The notes under the pieces are model-generated. The model had not been told where the DNA came from, did no database searches, and saw only the letters and a program-made list of their open reading frames with translations. Shown piece after piece: positions 1 through 12,060 of a DNA stretch of 64,000 nucleotides. The stretch's first letter is position 1. The number at the start of each line of letters is the position of its first letter. The stretch covers positions 176,020,001 through 176,084,000 of the forward strand of contig NC_058368.1 of assembly GCF_018350175.1 (NCBI RefSeq), read 5' to 3'. Position numbers and translations under genes: made by a program. The DNA comes from Felis catus. Its lineage: Eukaryota.

Positions 1-845
1 TTCAGCACTTCGTATGGCGGAAGCAGCTGGTCTTCTGTCAAATGGCTTATTTTCTTTCCAAACCTACAACTATCCTTTTGGGCCATGTTTAGTGGCACAG
101 AATCTGTGCCAGAAGAAGAGGGAAAAAAAAAAACCCATCATGTTTCCCTGATTCTTACTGAGCACATGTCAGCTGAAGTGGGACCCAAACACCACTTCCT
201 CTAAACTTCTTCAAAGGCCTACATTTTTCCATGCCAGCTCTGGTTCCCGGTAACTTTCTACTATACAGTCTCATTCTGAAGGTATTACACGAGCCTGCCA
301 AGGGGGAGTGAAGTGTGGTCCACCATTCCATGAAACAAATGTGTTCCCAGATAACTGGCCGGGCTGATGTGGGAAGGGTTCCCTCAGCACAGATGGCAAT
401 TTCTTCCATATGTGATAACATCACCTCTCACTAGACCACAAATCCAGAAACTGTGTAAACTGAACAAGGGACTCTGGGGGAAGCACCCAAGTGCAGTGGA
501 GAAAGCGGTGAACTAGGACTACGAAATGTGTGCTCTAATCCAAATTCTGCCATCCTGTGTGTCCACCAGCTTCTCTTGAGGGCCAGTGAAAGAAATCCGA
601 CTCCTACAACTCAACATGAAAAATAGAAATGAAAACCTCTTGAAGTTCCCAAAAAAATGTCAAGAAGAAACTATCTGCCTCTGTGACAGCATTCTGCTTT
701 CTGTTGGCTCTGTTCTCAGATCTGCTTTCTCCGAGTGGCAGCAAAGTGGTCAGAGCATGTGGAGGCTTATACTCCAGCAGCCGAGCAACCTAGGAGGAAG
801 GAACACCCTCTCTTCCAAAGGTTCCATCAAAAGTCCCCGAATGGA

Positions 846-1050
846 GGGGCGCCTGGGTGGCTCAGTTGGTTAAGCATCCAACTTTGGCTCGGTCATGATC
901 TCGCAGTTCGTGAGTTTGAGCCCTGCATTGAGCTCTGTGCTGACGGCTCGGAGCCTGGAGCCTGCTTTGGATTCTGTGTCTCCCTCTCTCTCTGTCCCTT
1001 CCCTGCTCATGCTCTCTCTCTCAAAAATAAATAAACATTTAAAAAAATGT
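846..1050 (+). mobile_element. Carnivore tRNA-derived SINE (Can-SINE/SINEC), older copy
   Basis: GGGGCGCCTGGGTGGCTCAG head, B-box-like GAGTTTGAGCCC, (CT)n region, AATAAA/A-rich tail; degenerate TSD aagtccccgaatgga / aagtcactgagcgga. Confidence 0.95.
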
Positions 1051-2544
1051 TTTTTAAGTCACTGAGCGGAATTTCATTGGTCTGGTTTCAGTCACATGCC
1101 CATCCCTGAACCAACCAATGTGCCCAGGGCAATGTCAGTGTTCGGACTGGCCAGGCCTGAGGCACATGCTCATCCCTGGAGTTAAAGGTAGGAGCGGCTT
1201 CAGTCAAGCCGTATGGACTAGGAGCTGGGAGACTGTAAGTCTCCCCATGAAAATCAGGGTGCTATTTCCAAAAAGGGGGAAATGATTGCTGGAAAGACAA
1301 AAGCCACTGTAAACCACTCCGGCTGCCAACCTTCTCCCACCCTCCCAATCTTATCAATGGTTAAGTCAAATTCTTTGTCAGTCTCCCAGGGAAACTGCAA
1401 AGGCCTTACAATGCCACATCATTTCGCTGCCAACCGATTGCAAAGCGACACTGACAAAGATGCAGAAAGTCATGAATTCCAGAAGAGTGATGGTGGACAG
1501 CTGCTTAAATCAAATGCGGGGCTGTTGGCAAAGGAGGATCTGGCCAAAGTTAGCCCGGCTATAACTCAAAAGGAAAAGTCTGCAAGGGATGATGCTAAAA
1601 TAAGTTTTTAAAAAGAATGATTTAAACATCAGAACTTGATGTCCTCAAATATTTTTGTCAACACCCGTCCTTGTTATAAGACGACTCTTATGAACTGCTA
1701 TCTTCCAGTTTTTAAAAAAAATTGTACATCTTATGGTCTTAAAAACGTTACATCCCAAAAAAAAAAAAATCAACATTTGACTCTTACTTTGCATGTCCTA
1801 AGAGTCAGTGCACAGTGGCAATTATAAACTAAATTTGGTTAAGTGTATGGTAGGTACATCTTCCCCAATTAAATGGGCAGGAGGGGGAAATCTCCTTGAG
1901 GTCTTGATCTGAATTTACCTGAGCCTAACAATACGAGTAAGAATTCACAAATGTATCGGTTCTTGTGCTCTCTCTTCTAAAAAGTCTGTTTGCAATCTTG
2001 GCCCACATTTCCAGTTCCTGTTCTTGTTGACTTGCAGGTATCCTTTTTACATTCTTGATACTAATCTTTGGTCGTGTGTATTGCAAACATCTTCTAGTTA
2101 TTGTCTGAATTCATTGACCGGTCAAGGGGTTTTTGTTGGCTTGCATGTTTTGGATTCAGTAAACGTTAGCCCCTATTTTGAGCGAGTTTACTTGAAATGC
2201 TGTTTCGCAGCACCAATTATCTTCAGATATGAGGGTCTTCTGCAGTTCAAAATCCAACTGTTTCCTTCGAGTCAGTGCAAGATGCTGATAAATTTTCACT
2301 CTGACTTCTTTCTTTCAACGTTCCTAATCAGCACCAGGAAATAACCCAATATCTTTCCTTGGGATGGGCCAGATTAGATATACTTAACAGGGCTGGTGTT
2401 TCCCTTACATGTTATAGTTTGTCTTAAAACTGATAACTTCTGGCAAAGATCTTCAGTTTCTCTAAGTTATTTGTTAGGAATTCACAAATACTCTAGTTAC
2501 AGCAGTATCACCCTTAAATGCATCAATTAAGTTAGCCATTTTCT

Positions 2545-2763
2545 TTTTTTTTTAATTTTTTTAATGCTTATTTATTTTTGAGAGAGACAGAGACAGAATG
2601 CAAGTGGGTTAGGGGCAGAGAGAGGGAGACACAGAAGCAGAAGCAGGCTCCAGGCTCTGAGCTGTCAGCACAGAGCCGGACGCGGGACTCGAACTCACAA
2701 GTTGTGAGATCATGACTTGAGCCGAAGTCAGACGCTCAACCAACTGAGCCACCCAGGTGCCCC
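2545..2763 (-). mobile_element. Can-SINE
   Basis: Reverse-complement SINE flanked by a perfect 16-bp TSD aagttagccattttct (2529-2544 / 2764-2779). Confidence 0.95.
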
Positions 2764-2849
2764 AAGTTAGCCATTTTCTAAGAAGGTATCTATGAGAAAC
2801 CAGTCTTGTCATATAAGTTTCCAGTGTAGAAAATAACATACCATCTTTA

Positions 2850-3130
2850 TGAAACTTCAATGAGCACACTGGATTTTATTCACTAATATACACTCAAAAA
2901 AATATATTTCTCCATCCAGACAAAAAACAAAAAACCTTTACTTCGTACCATATAAAAAAATGAATTCCCGATGGAGTAAGGTTCTAAATGAAAAATAAAA
3001 CAACATCAGAAGAATATTTTCATAAAATCTACAGGAACCTTTCCTAGTAGACAGACTTGGAAGTTAGAAATCCCAAAGAAAGAGTAGGCAGGTCCAACAA
3101 CGTAACATTTGTAATTTTTTAGGATGTTCG
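2850..3130 (+). mobile_element. Ancient L1 (L1M-type) ORF2 fragment
   Basis: A-rich degenerate sequence resembling the L1 ORF2 3' region (ccatataaaaaaatgaattcccgatggagtaagg...); recognised by eye, boundaries approximate. Confidence 0.5.
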
Positions 3131-3172
3131 TTTTTGGATCAACCCAATTGAAAGTGAATAAGCAAGAAAGAC

Positions 3173-3175
<3 letters not shown>

Positions 3176-3216
<41 letters not shown>
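3176..3216. repeat. (CA)n microsatellite
   Basis: About 20 CA units visible directly. Confidence 0.98.
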
Positions 3217-3218
<2 letters not shown>

Positions 3219-3813
3219 ACGTGCATGCAAAGTAGGACAGATCCTGGATTGGTTCATTTGGTTTTCATTATGCGTTGAGAACCCACACGCTATTTTCACC
3301 CTGCGATCCTCACCTTTGGCTTTTGGCTTTGGCCGGTACCAAGATGCTACAGCCGCTGTAAGAACAGCCTCCCTCAAGAAGGTCCAAAGGCAAAGGAAGG
3401 AAACATGGCACTCCTTGGGTCCCTTTTTAAGAATGTGAAACCATCCCTTACACCTACCTTCTCAGAAACCCCCAGCAGACTTCCATCGTGGGGGAAGCCT
3501 GTGTTTCCCCACATCTCATTGGCCACAATCCCATCACAGGCCAATGCCTAAACCATAGAACTAGGAAGAGGAGGGGATAACCACAGTTGGCTTGAACTAA
3601 TCAAAGTTCACCCTCTGGGGGCTAGGGAGAAGCCCATCCACTATCCCTAAAGCTCATGGCTGCCTCTGTTAGCAAAGAAGGGGGCATGGCTGTTGGGCAA
3701 ACAACCCAGCATACCTGCCATAGAAAATAGAACACCTCTTCTTCAAAATAAACAAATAATTTCTTAGTTTAAAATATGTGCCAAGCTGCCCTCAAGAAGC
3801 ACATAGTCTAATG

Positions 3814-4042
3814 CAAGAATTGGCTCATTTTTTCTGTAAAAAAAAAAAAAAAGATGATAAATATTCTGGGCTTTGAAGGCCGGTTGCTATCTTGTGCAAC
3901 TACTCAGCTGTCACTATAGCTCAAAAGTGCTAAACAGACGGTACACAAAAAAATGGGTGTGGCTGTGTTCCAATAAAACTTTATTTACAAAAACAAGAGG
4001 CAGGCCAGATTGGACCCCCGGGCTGTAGTTTGTGAACCCTTG
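3814..4042 (+). mobile_element. MER58A-like hAT-Charlie DNA transposon (MITE)
   Basis: Characteristic ggctgtgttccaataaaactttatttacaaaaaca core and tagtttgtgaaccctt end. Confidence 0.8.
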
Positions 4043-5251
4043 GTCGACAGGAAAGATAAACATGTAAACTAATACCTCACACTGGCTTCAGAGATGGCTT
4101 GTTTGGCAAACCCCAGGTCTAAGCTAGACACGTACTTTCTACCTGACCGTGGTCCCCACTACTCCCTATTACCCGATACCATGCCACTTTCACATTCACT
4201 GTCATGATTCCAAATAAAGGTAAAGGTCGTTTCGCCCACAGTTCCAGGAAATACCCCCTTTCTCATTTATGGCGACTTTAGAGACAAAAAATTTTGTGCA
4301 TAAGTTTCATTAACAAATACCACGTAATGAAACCATTTGTTCCACTGTGATCCTTGGTATACTTTGGGACCACAGACACACACACAATTTAACTAAACTA
4401 TTTGGGCACTGCTTTTTCTAGGCATGCAGTCCAGAGGAGTCCCATGATAATCCTTCCTTGGGAGTGATCAACAGCCCTGAGTGGTCCCTGTTGACAAGCT
4501 CCGTGGTAACCCAATCTCTGCATTCTGCTGACGAGCCACACTCCCGCGGTTTATGAGCTCAGTGGAATCCCTCAATAGAATTATACCCTTTTATTGAGTC
4601 CTGAACCATATATTATCATGAATACTAAACCAGTTCAAATGGTCCATCCCCTCTGCCTCAACATTAGACAAAGCCTTCAGCAATTACCCTTCTCTTCAAA
4701 GAATGTGTTTTCTTCGGCACTGAATCCCGCTGGAACCTGATGTGCCCAGGCCCCCTGCACTTCACCTCCACGCTCAGAGCTAGGCCGCCCCCGTCTCACA
4801 CTGGTGTCCGGGGTCGTTTAGACAAGGACCACTGGGAAGCTGACTGCCTCCCTTTCCATAAAGAAAGGATTAGCAAGGCAAATTAAAAGCGGGCTCAACT
4901 TCAGAGGGAATGGTTACACCCCTTGCAGCCCTTACCTGCAAGCCAGGTGACGTCAAGCACTAGAGAAGCACACATTCCCACCCTCAATGAGCCTGCGGTT
5001 CTCCAAGAAGGAGATGCTTTCCTCAACGATTCTAAGTGAGATGTGCTATTTGTCTTCATTCGTTCGATAAATGTCTCCTTGGCATCTGCTTGCGCCAGGC
5101 ACTGCAAATACAGTGAGGAACAGTACACCTGACCGTGTCTGGTGCAGTGTTGAGGGGGAGCTAGCTGCAGGTAGGTAATAAACAGATCATCAAGTCCGCG
5201 AGGTGAAATTAAGTCGGCATAAGCAATATGAAGGAAAAGAACAGGATGCTG

Positions 5252-5669
5252 TGGGTATGGGCTTCCCACGGCTGCTGTGACAGAAACTGATTCTCTCGCG
5301 GTGCTAGAGGCCAGGAGTCTGAAAGCAAAGTGTCTGCAGGGCCACACTCCCACCAAAGGCTCTCGGGAAGAATCACTCTTACCTCTTTCATCTTGGGGTG
5401 GCCACAGGTGTTCCTTGGCTCACGGCACTTCTGGCAAAGGGTCTCTATGGTCACATGGCCTCGTGCCTTCTCGTCTTCTCCCTCTGCGTCTCTCCTCTGT
5501 TTGTCTCCTATAAGGGCACTTGGGATTTAGGGCCCACCCAGATAATACAGGATGATATCATTTTGCGATCCTTAACTTAATTACATCCTCAAGGGCCCTT
5601 TTTCCAAACAGGGTTGCATTCACAGTTTCCAGGACCTACCTTTCAGGGGCTACCATTCAACCCACTGCA
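5252..5669 (-). mobile_element. MaLR LTR (MLT1B/C-like)
   Basis: Typical MLT1 motifs gataatacaggatgat...ccttaacttaattacatc...ccattcaacccactgca. Confidence 0.7.
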
Positions 5670-7295
5670 CCGTAAGAAATAATCACGACGTAACTTCTTT
5701 TAGATCAGAGGGGAGTGAGGGAGGGCCTTTTAGGTGGTGAGATTGAAGCCAAGAGTTGAAGAATAAGGAAGAACATACTGTGCAGAGTAGAGAAGTGGAA
5801 ATAGGGACCAAGACACTGCTGCCCGAGAGCACAATCTGTGCAAAAGCCCTGCAGAAGCTGAGTTTACAGTGCCCCAGAAACTGAAAGGCCAGCGTGGCCA
5901 GAGCAGAGCGAGTAAAATGGCCTGAGCTGTCCTGGGAGGGGTGGGCAGAGGCCTATCCTGAAGCCACAGTAAGGAGATGAGATTTCACTTCTAGTGCAAA
6001 CGAAAGCTGCCGAACGGTTTTAAGCCTAAGAGTAGCATGATTAGATTTACATTGCATCCTCAGGATATTTTCCAATAGCGTAGCTGGCCTCAGTTTAAAT
6101 TGGGAGTTACTCTGCATATCGTATTGCCCAGTATCTGTCTTATTGCACGTTTTAGAAAGTGCAGTCTAGAGACCAAAAATAATCCAAAGGCATTCCAACC
6201 TTTCCAGAAAAATCACTGCAATCTTCTAGAAGCTCAAAAGGGATGTAATTCACAGTCCATAACAACATTTAAACCCTTTCCCCACTGCTCCCCTCCTCGG
6301 TTCTCATGCCTCCTAACACACTCTCCTTGCCAGTTTCCCTCTCCAGCCCAGCCTTGACTAATTCCCCATTAGAATCTCTCCCGAAACCCCAGCCTAAGGT
6401 TCTTGATGTCTTCACCCCCCTACACCCTCTTCCAGGACCCATTTGGCAGACGCACAGTCTCCCTGAGCAGAGAGAGGGGGGAGAGGCTGAGCGACCAGGG
6501 ACAGAATCCAAAATCCTATGTCTGTCTCTCTCCCTTTCTGTCTCCCCCCGCCAACCCTGTCTCTCTCCCTTTCTCTCCACTTCCCACTCCCCTCTAGAGA
6601 GGCAGTGTGAATACAATTTCGTGCTTCATCTTATTTCTTTTCGTGTACAAATTTTTTAATTTGTAATTATAACCTCCATGAGGGCAGAAACCGCATCTTA
6701 AACAAGTAGCATTCCCTACACTGCAGAGCGAGCCTCTTTCCACAAAGGTGAGACAGACTGCTTACAGAATCTTGCTGGGACCCTGAATCTTGGCTCTGTG
6801 ATCCAGCATTCTTCCGACATCATCTACAAAGTCGCTGAGCTGAAACTGTCTGGTCTTAATTAAGCTTTGGCGACATCTGTCATGAGTGATTGGTGACATT
6901 TTTCCATCCACTCATCACTCCTAAAAATGGACGCATTCCTGCTAATGAGGATTCAGGAGACTAAGACAACCCGGAGCATAGGTGAGGGAGGGCACAGGAG
7001 TCGTGCAGGGGGCGCAAGGGCTTCCACGTTGGAGATCCTGTTCCCCAATGTCTCTGGTGTGCAGAATTCCTTTCCACCAGAAGCCTGTCCTATCAGTGAA
7101 ACACGATCCTAAAAAAGGGTAAAGGGAAGCAGAAAGACATGGTCCCCAAGAAAAGCTTGGCAAGGCAGGAACCTCCAGGGCAGGAACTGTGCTTAATTCA
7201 ACTTTGTACTCTCTGCCTCCCCCAGACCACCACTTCCAGGCTCCTGGGCTCCTGTGCTCCTAGGCTCCTAGTCGAGGACTTAGCATGCTATAAAG

Positions 7296-7341
7296 TTGGT
7301 GGGTTGGTTGGTTGGTTGGTTGGTTGGTTGGTTGGCTGGTT
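7296..7341. repeat. (GGTT)n tetranucleotide microsatellite
   Basis: Directly visible. Confidence 0.9.
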
Positions 7342-7506
7342 AAATGAACAACTAAAATCTCTAACAAGAGCCCTAAATCCCCTTCCCGAGCGCTATTCCT
7401 CCAAGACTTGGCAAAGGCCGTGAGGTCACACTTGCCCCTGCTCCCTTAAGCTAATCCCCAACTTGCCAAACTAAGAAAGGAAATCAATGATTTCCTAGAA
7501 TCCCAC

Positions 7507-8330
7507 TGTGTTATAATAAAAACATACATATTTGGTTTTTGCCCTGGGTTGCTGGCATGGAGCTCCTAAAATGTGGAATTCTGTGAGTGATGGGAAGTCT
7601 TCTGTTATTCCTCAGGAGCCCCTCTGACGCACTCCTGCGCATATGCTAATGACGTGACCTTTGGTAGGCCCCCTCAGGAGCCGCAGGATAGCAGCCTGAT
7701 GCCCAGGAACTCACCTCCCCCTGCCCAGCCCCACCTCTGGGGAGGGGAGAGTGACCACGGACTGAGCTCAATCAACAACCGCCCGTGATTTAAGCAATCG
7801 TGCCTCTGTAAGGAAACTTGGCTAAAAATTCCGAAACACAGGGCTAGGGGAGCTCCCAGATCGGTGGACACATGGACGTGCTGGGAGGGTGGTACCACAA
7901 AAAGGACATGGAGGCCCCCCTGCCCGCACCCCCTGCCAGTTTTGCCCTGTGCTTCTCTTCCATCTGGTGGTTCCTGACTTTTGTGTCCTTTAAAATAAGA
8001 CTATAACCCAAGTACAGCACTTCCTTGGCTCCTGTGAGTCATTCTAACAAATTATCAAACTGGAGGGGCGTGAAGGTGGTGAAACCCCCCACATCTGTAG
8101 TTGGACAGGCAGAAGTGCAGGTAGCCCGGGGACCCCGCCTGCACCTGGCACCTGGCGTGGGGGGCAGTGCTGGAGGACTGAGTCAACCTTCAGGGTCTGT
8201 GTCAGCCGTGCGGGGTAACTGGTGTCAGCGCTGAAGGACAGGATGCCCAACTGGTGTCAGAGAATAGAAGAACTGGCGGGGGGGGGGGCAGGGAATGAAA
8301 CACACAAGAGACCCCAAAGATGTTCCCGAG
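7507..8330 (+). mobile_element. Solo LTR, MER21C-like
   Basis: Starts tgtgttataataaaaacatacatatttgg...gagctcctaaaa; internal atatgctaatgacgtgac and tcctgtgagtcattctaacaaattatcaaac motifs typical of MER21. Confidence 0.7.
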
Positions 8331-9124
8331 CTGCTGAGAGGGGCACACTGGAGCCATCCAGCAGACACGCGTATCTGTTAGAACTCTCTCGTTTAAAGCT
8401 TGTACGACCACCTTAAACCTTATCCTTTCTAATGGTTTACAAACTTCACTTAATTCCCTCCTCAAAAGCAAACACGTTTGAACCACGACTACGTGTAAGG
8501 TGCCAAAAGCAGACGGTCTTCAAACATTCAAGCTCCTATGACTCCTAAAAGAATTCTGATATAGGACATAGGCCCCTGCACAGTTTTGGTTAACATCTAA
8601 AATTTTTATCATACATTTAAATAAGGCAAAGGCTGTGATTCCTACTGTATTGTAAATATTGACATTTTATAAATATAAAACCATTACGTCACTCTCTTGA
8701 ACGTCCCCAATGGAATTTAAACGCCATAGCAATCTGATACTCACCATCAGTTATTTTAAAAAATACATAAACAAACTCTTCTTTATGAGTCGGAAAAGCT
8801 TACAGCTTTTCCTTTCTCCTCTTTGAAAACATATTTATTTTTCCTCGCTGAATTTTATTGTCATGTAATTTCTGTGCCAGAAAGTCTTTTATTATTCACC
8901 TTATCATAATTCTCTGGAAGAAGAAAAAAATGCGTATAAACTGAAATTCCACCTTACTTTTTCTTTCCCACAATTGAGCCCTGAGTGTTGCAAATTCTTC
9001 CTCTGGCCAGCTATCACTGCAATTATTATTTGTACACGTCTGATCAAGTCAATATAGGTACGTGACAGGTGCAACTGTATATGTGTTACATACATACATA
9101 CAATTAATTGAAAATACGTGTCTT

Positions 9125-9315
9125 TTTCATGTTTGTTTATTTATTTTGAGAGTGCACGTGAAAGGGGGAGGGGCAGAGAGAGAGGGGGACACAGAATCTG
9201 AAGCAGGCTCCGTGCTGACAGCTGAGAGCCCAACGCGGGGCTCAAACCCACAACCGTGAGATCAAGACCAGAGCCGAAGCTGGACGCTTAACCGATTTAG
9301 CCACCCAGGTGCCCC
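9125..9315 (-). mobile_element. Can-SINE
   Basis: Reverse SINE; TSD aaaatac(g/a)tgtctt (9111-9124 / 9317-9330). Confidence 0.93.
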
Positions 9316-9731
9316 AAAAATACATGTCTTAATCAGAATGACGAGAGATGCAGAGGCTTCATGGACACCAGTATTTTGAATGTCACTATCTGGCATTTCG
9401 GGGCGGGGGAGGGCTGAGTCTTTCTTTGTCAAAGTGAGAAAAAAGGATCTGGAAAGAGGAGGAGAAATGGAAAGCTGGCTTCCATAGCAGGTACATTCTT
9501 AAATGGGTCCCTTTAAAACTACCTTTACCCACATCCCCTTGGAAAGTTCTCCCACACTTGCAGAGGTACCAGTAGCCCAGGTCTGAAGATCAGGTCATGG
9601 AGAACTCCGATAAGAACAAGACACAATTCCAGTCTTTGAGGAGTTCACATCTGGGGACGGAGATGTGCTCTGAACACATCATTCCAGATGAATCACTGTA
9701 GGAGATGTAAGGAATTGTTCAAGACAATAGA

Positions 9732-10200
9732 TGGGGTAGAATATTGGCCCCCAAAGACTCCACACCCTAGTCCCCAGAATTTGTGGCTATGTCACCCTAC
9801 ACAGCAAAGGGCAATTAAGGTTGTTGATCAGCTGACCTTAAAATAAAGAGATTCTCCTGGATTACCCCAGGTGGGCCCAAAGTAACTGGGTCCTTAAAAG
9901 TGGGAGAAGGGGGGCGCCTGGGTGGCGCAGTCGGTTAAGCGTCCGACTTCAGCCAGGTCACGATCTCGCGGCCCGTGAGTTCGAGCCCCGCGTCGGGCTC
10001 TGGGCTGATGGCTCAGAGCCTGGAGCCTGTTTCCGATTCTGTGTCTCCCTCTCTCTCTGCCCCTCTCCCGTTCATGCTCTGTCTCTCTCTGTCCCAAAAA
10101 TAAATAAATGTTGAAAAAAAAAATTTTTTTTTAAAAAGTGGGAGAAGAAAGAAGAGATCAGAGGGGTGCTGAGGCAAGACTCAACTCACCATTGCTGTTT
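9732..10200 (+). mobile_element. MaLR LTR fragment (MLT1D-like) interrupted by a SINE
   Basis: gaatattggcccccaaaga...cagctgaccttaaaataaagagattctcctggattaccc...gggccc...tccttaaaag. Confidence 0.65.
9910..10133 (+). mobile_element. Young felid SINE (SINEC_Fc-type)
   Basis: CpG-rich copy (gtggcgcagtcggttaagcgtccgacttcagccaggtcacgatc) with perfect TSD aaaagtgggagaag (9896-9909 / 10134-10147). Confidence 0.95.
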
Positions 10201-11359
10201 TAAAGATTTTTTATGTCCATTTTAATTTAATCCATATGACTACATTGTGAAATAGATACAATGATATCTATTTTGTGGATGAGAAATCCGAGGCACAGAG
10301 AAAGCGTAAGCAACGTGCCCTACTGCACAAGGCTAACGAGTAACCTCCATGGGACTTAAACGCAGGGAGTCCGGTTCTAGTGTCTGTGTGCTTCACCTCT
10401 GCCTGCCTCCCTGAAAGGTGAGCCCCGCACCCCTCTGCTCCTCATCCAGGTGCCAGTGGGTTCACATTTCCCTGCAGGTGCACTGGTGTCTGTAGATGAG
10501 AATGACCGCAGGCTGTCCATCCACTCCCTTGCACCTGAGCTGAAAGCCAACTCTGGCTGCAGGAGACAAATCAACATAGAGAGAGAGAGGTTCCTCCCGC
10601 TCACGGCCTAACTGCATCCTCCCACAGGCGTGCCCTGCTGGGGTGCCCCTGAGACCACCTAGCAGCCAATCCAGCTCAATATGCCATCACACACCCACTT
10701 CTTCTCCATGGAGGGTGTACACATGGGCCACGTTCTTCCTGGAGAAGCCACACTTCATCCGATTGGAAAGAACATGTTCTTTTAAAACTCATTTTCAAAA
10801 CATCGTGGGCAGATGGGCATTGTGAAATGTCCTATTCACGAAAAGGACGTGTACAATTGCCATTTTGACAGATACATGCGTATATATACTTTTCAAATTG
10901 GAAAAATAGACACAAAGATGCTGCCAGAAGGGTGATTTTTATTCTGATTATCTGGGTAGACTAAGTATTTTACAATGAATTTTAAAATAAGGAAGGGGAA
11001 ATCAGAGTAATTATTTTTTTAAAGCAACAGTCTATAATACATTAAGATCCTTGAAATTCTCACCAAAAGTATTTTTGTTCCTAATCCTATATTAGTGAGT
11101 GTTGCTAAGGAACCATGTGAAGCAAATTAGAAATAATCCCAACTATAGCTCCATAGGGTACAAACGGAGACAGTCAGGTAGACAGAAGCCCACGGATTAA
11201 AGAAAGAAATCATGGAGTCTGTGTCTAACCTTGCCGGCTCCTTCTTCTCCAGCTCACATGGAAAGGAAAGACACAAACACTTGCATAGTTGAGTGCAAGA
11301 GGCTGGAAGCCCAAGACAGCCAAGAGTCTCTCCAGAGAACAGTCAGGGCCAGGGGCAAA

Positions 11360-11580
11360 CTAATAATCATCAGTATTAAGCAGATACTTACCACGTGCCA
11401 AGCACTGGGCTCAGCATTTATTAATTCTCACAATGCCCCCAAAAAGGCAGGGCTATTATTACCCCGTTTTACAGACGAGGACACTGAGGCACAGAAAGTT
11501 AGGTAACTTTCCCCAGGTGGTACAGCCAATAAGTACCAGAGTTGGCCTACGAGCCCAGACAGCCTGATTTCAGGTGCCAT
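11360..11580 (-). mobile_element. MIR SINE
   Basis: MIR core ccccgttttacagacgaggacactgaggcacagaaagttaggtaact. Confidence 0.75.
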
Positions 11581-11884
11581 AAAATAACATCGCGTCCGGA
11601 GAAGACAGAGAGAGTGTTTTCGTTCTGCTCAGAGGGCCGAGAATCACATCCAAGGGCAGCTTTCAATGCCCGAGTAAGAGGAAGAAGCGGCCTCTCTTCT
11701 CAAAGCAGAATGAGAAATAGAGAAAGAAAGAGATAAAGCGTGAGTAACAGATAAGCAGTAGAGAGAAAAGGACGCGATTTTCCGTTGGCCCATTTAGTTC
11801 ATTAACTTCTGCCAGCTTTATTGTTTCCATAAACAGGGTGTTCGATGCTTACGTTTGCCTGCTTGATAAAGGAGCTATGTGGCG

Positions 11885-12060
11885 AGTGTGTGTCCACGTG
11901 TGTGTGTAAGCCTGTGCTCGTGTGTGTGCCTGGGTGGTGTGCACGTGAGTGTGCATGCAGGGGGCACGTGTGCCCGTAATGCACGTGTGTGCGTGTGAGG
12001 GTATGGGTGCACGCGTGTCGGCACATGCTGGCGTGTGTGTGCGTGCGTGCGCGTGCGAGC
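11885..12060. repeat. Degenerate (GT/GC)n alternating purine-pyrimidine tract
   Basis: Low-complexity TG/CG repeat with multiple CACGTG and GCGTG. Confidence 0.85.

Noticed and set aside
7238..7272. Short ~9-bp tandem repeat ggctcct(g/a)g
   Set aside because: Tiny slippage repeat with no spacers; not CRISPR-like and no supporting context
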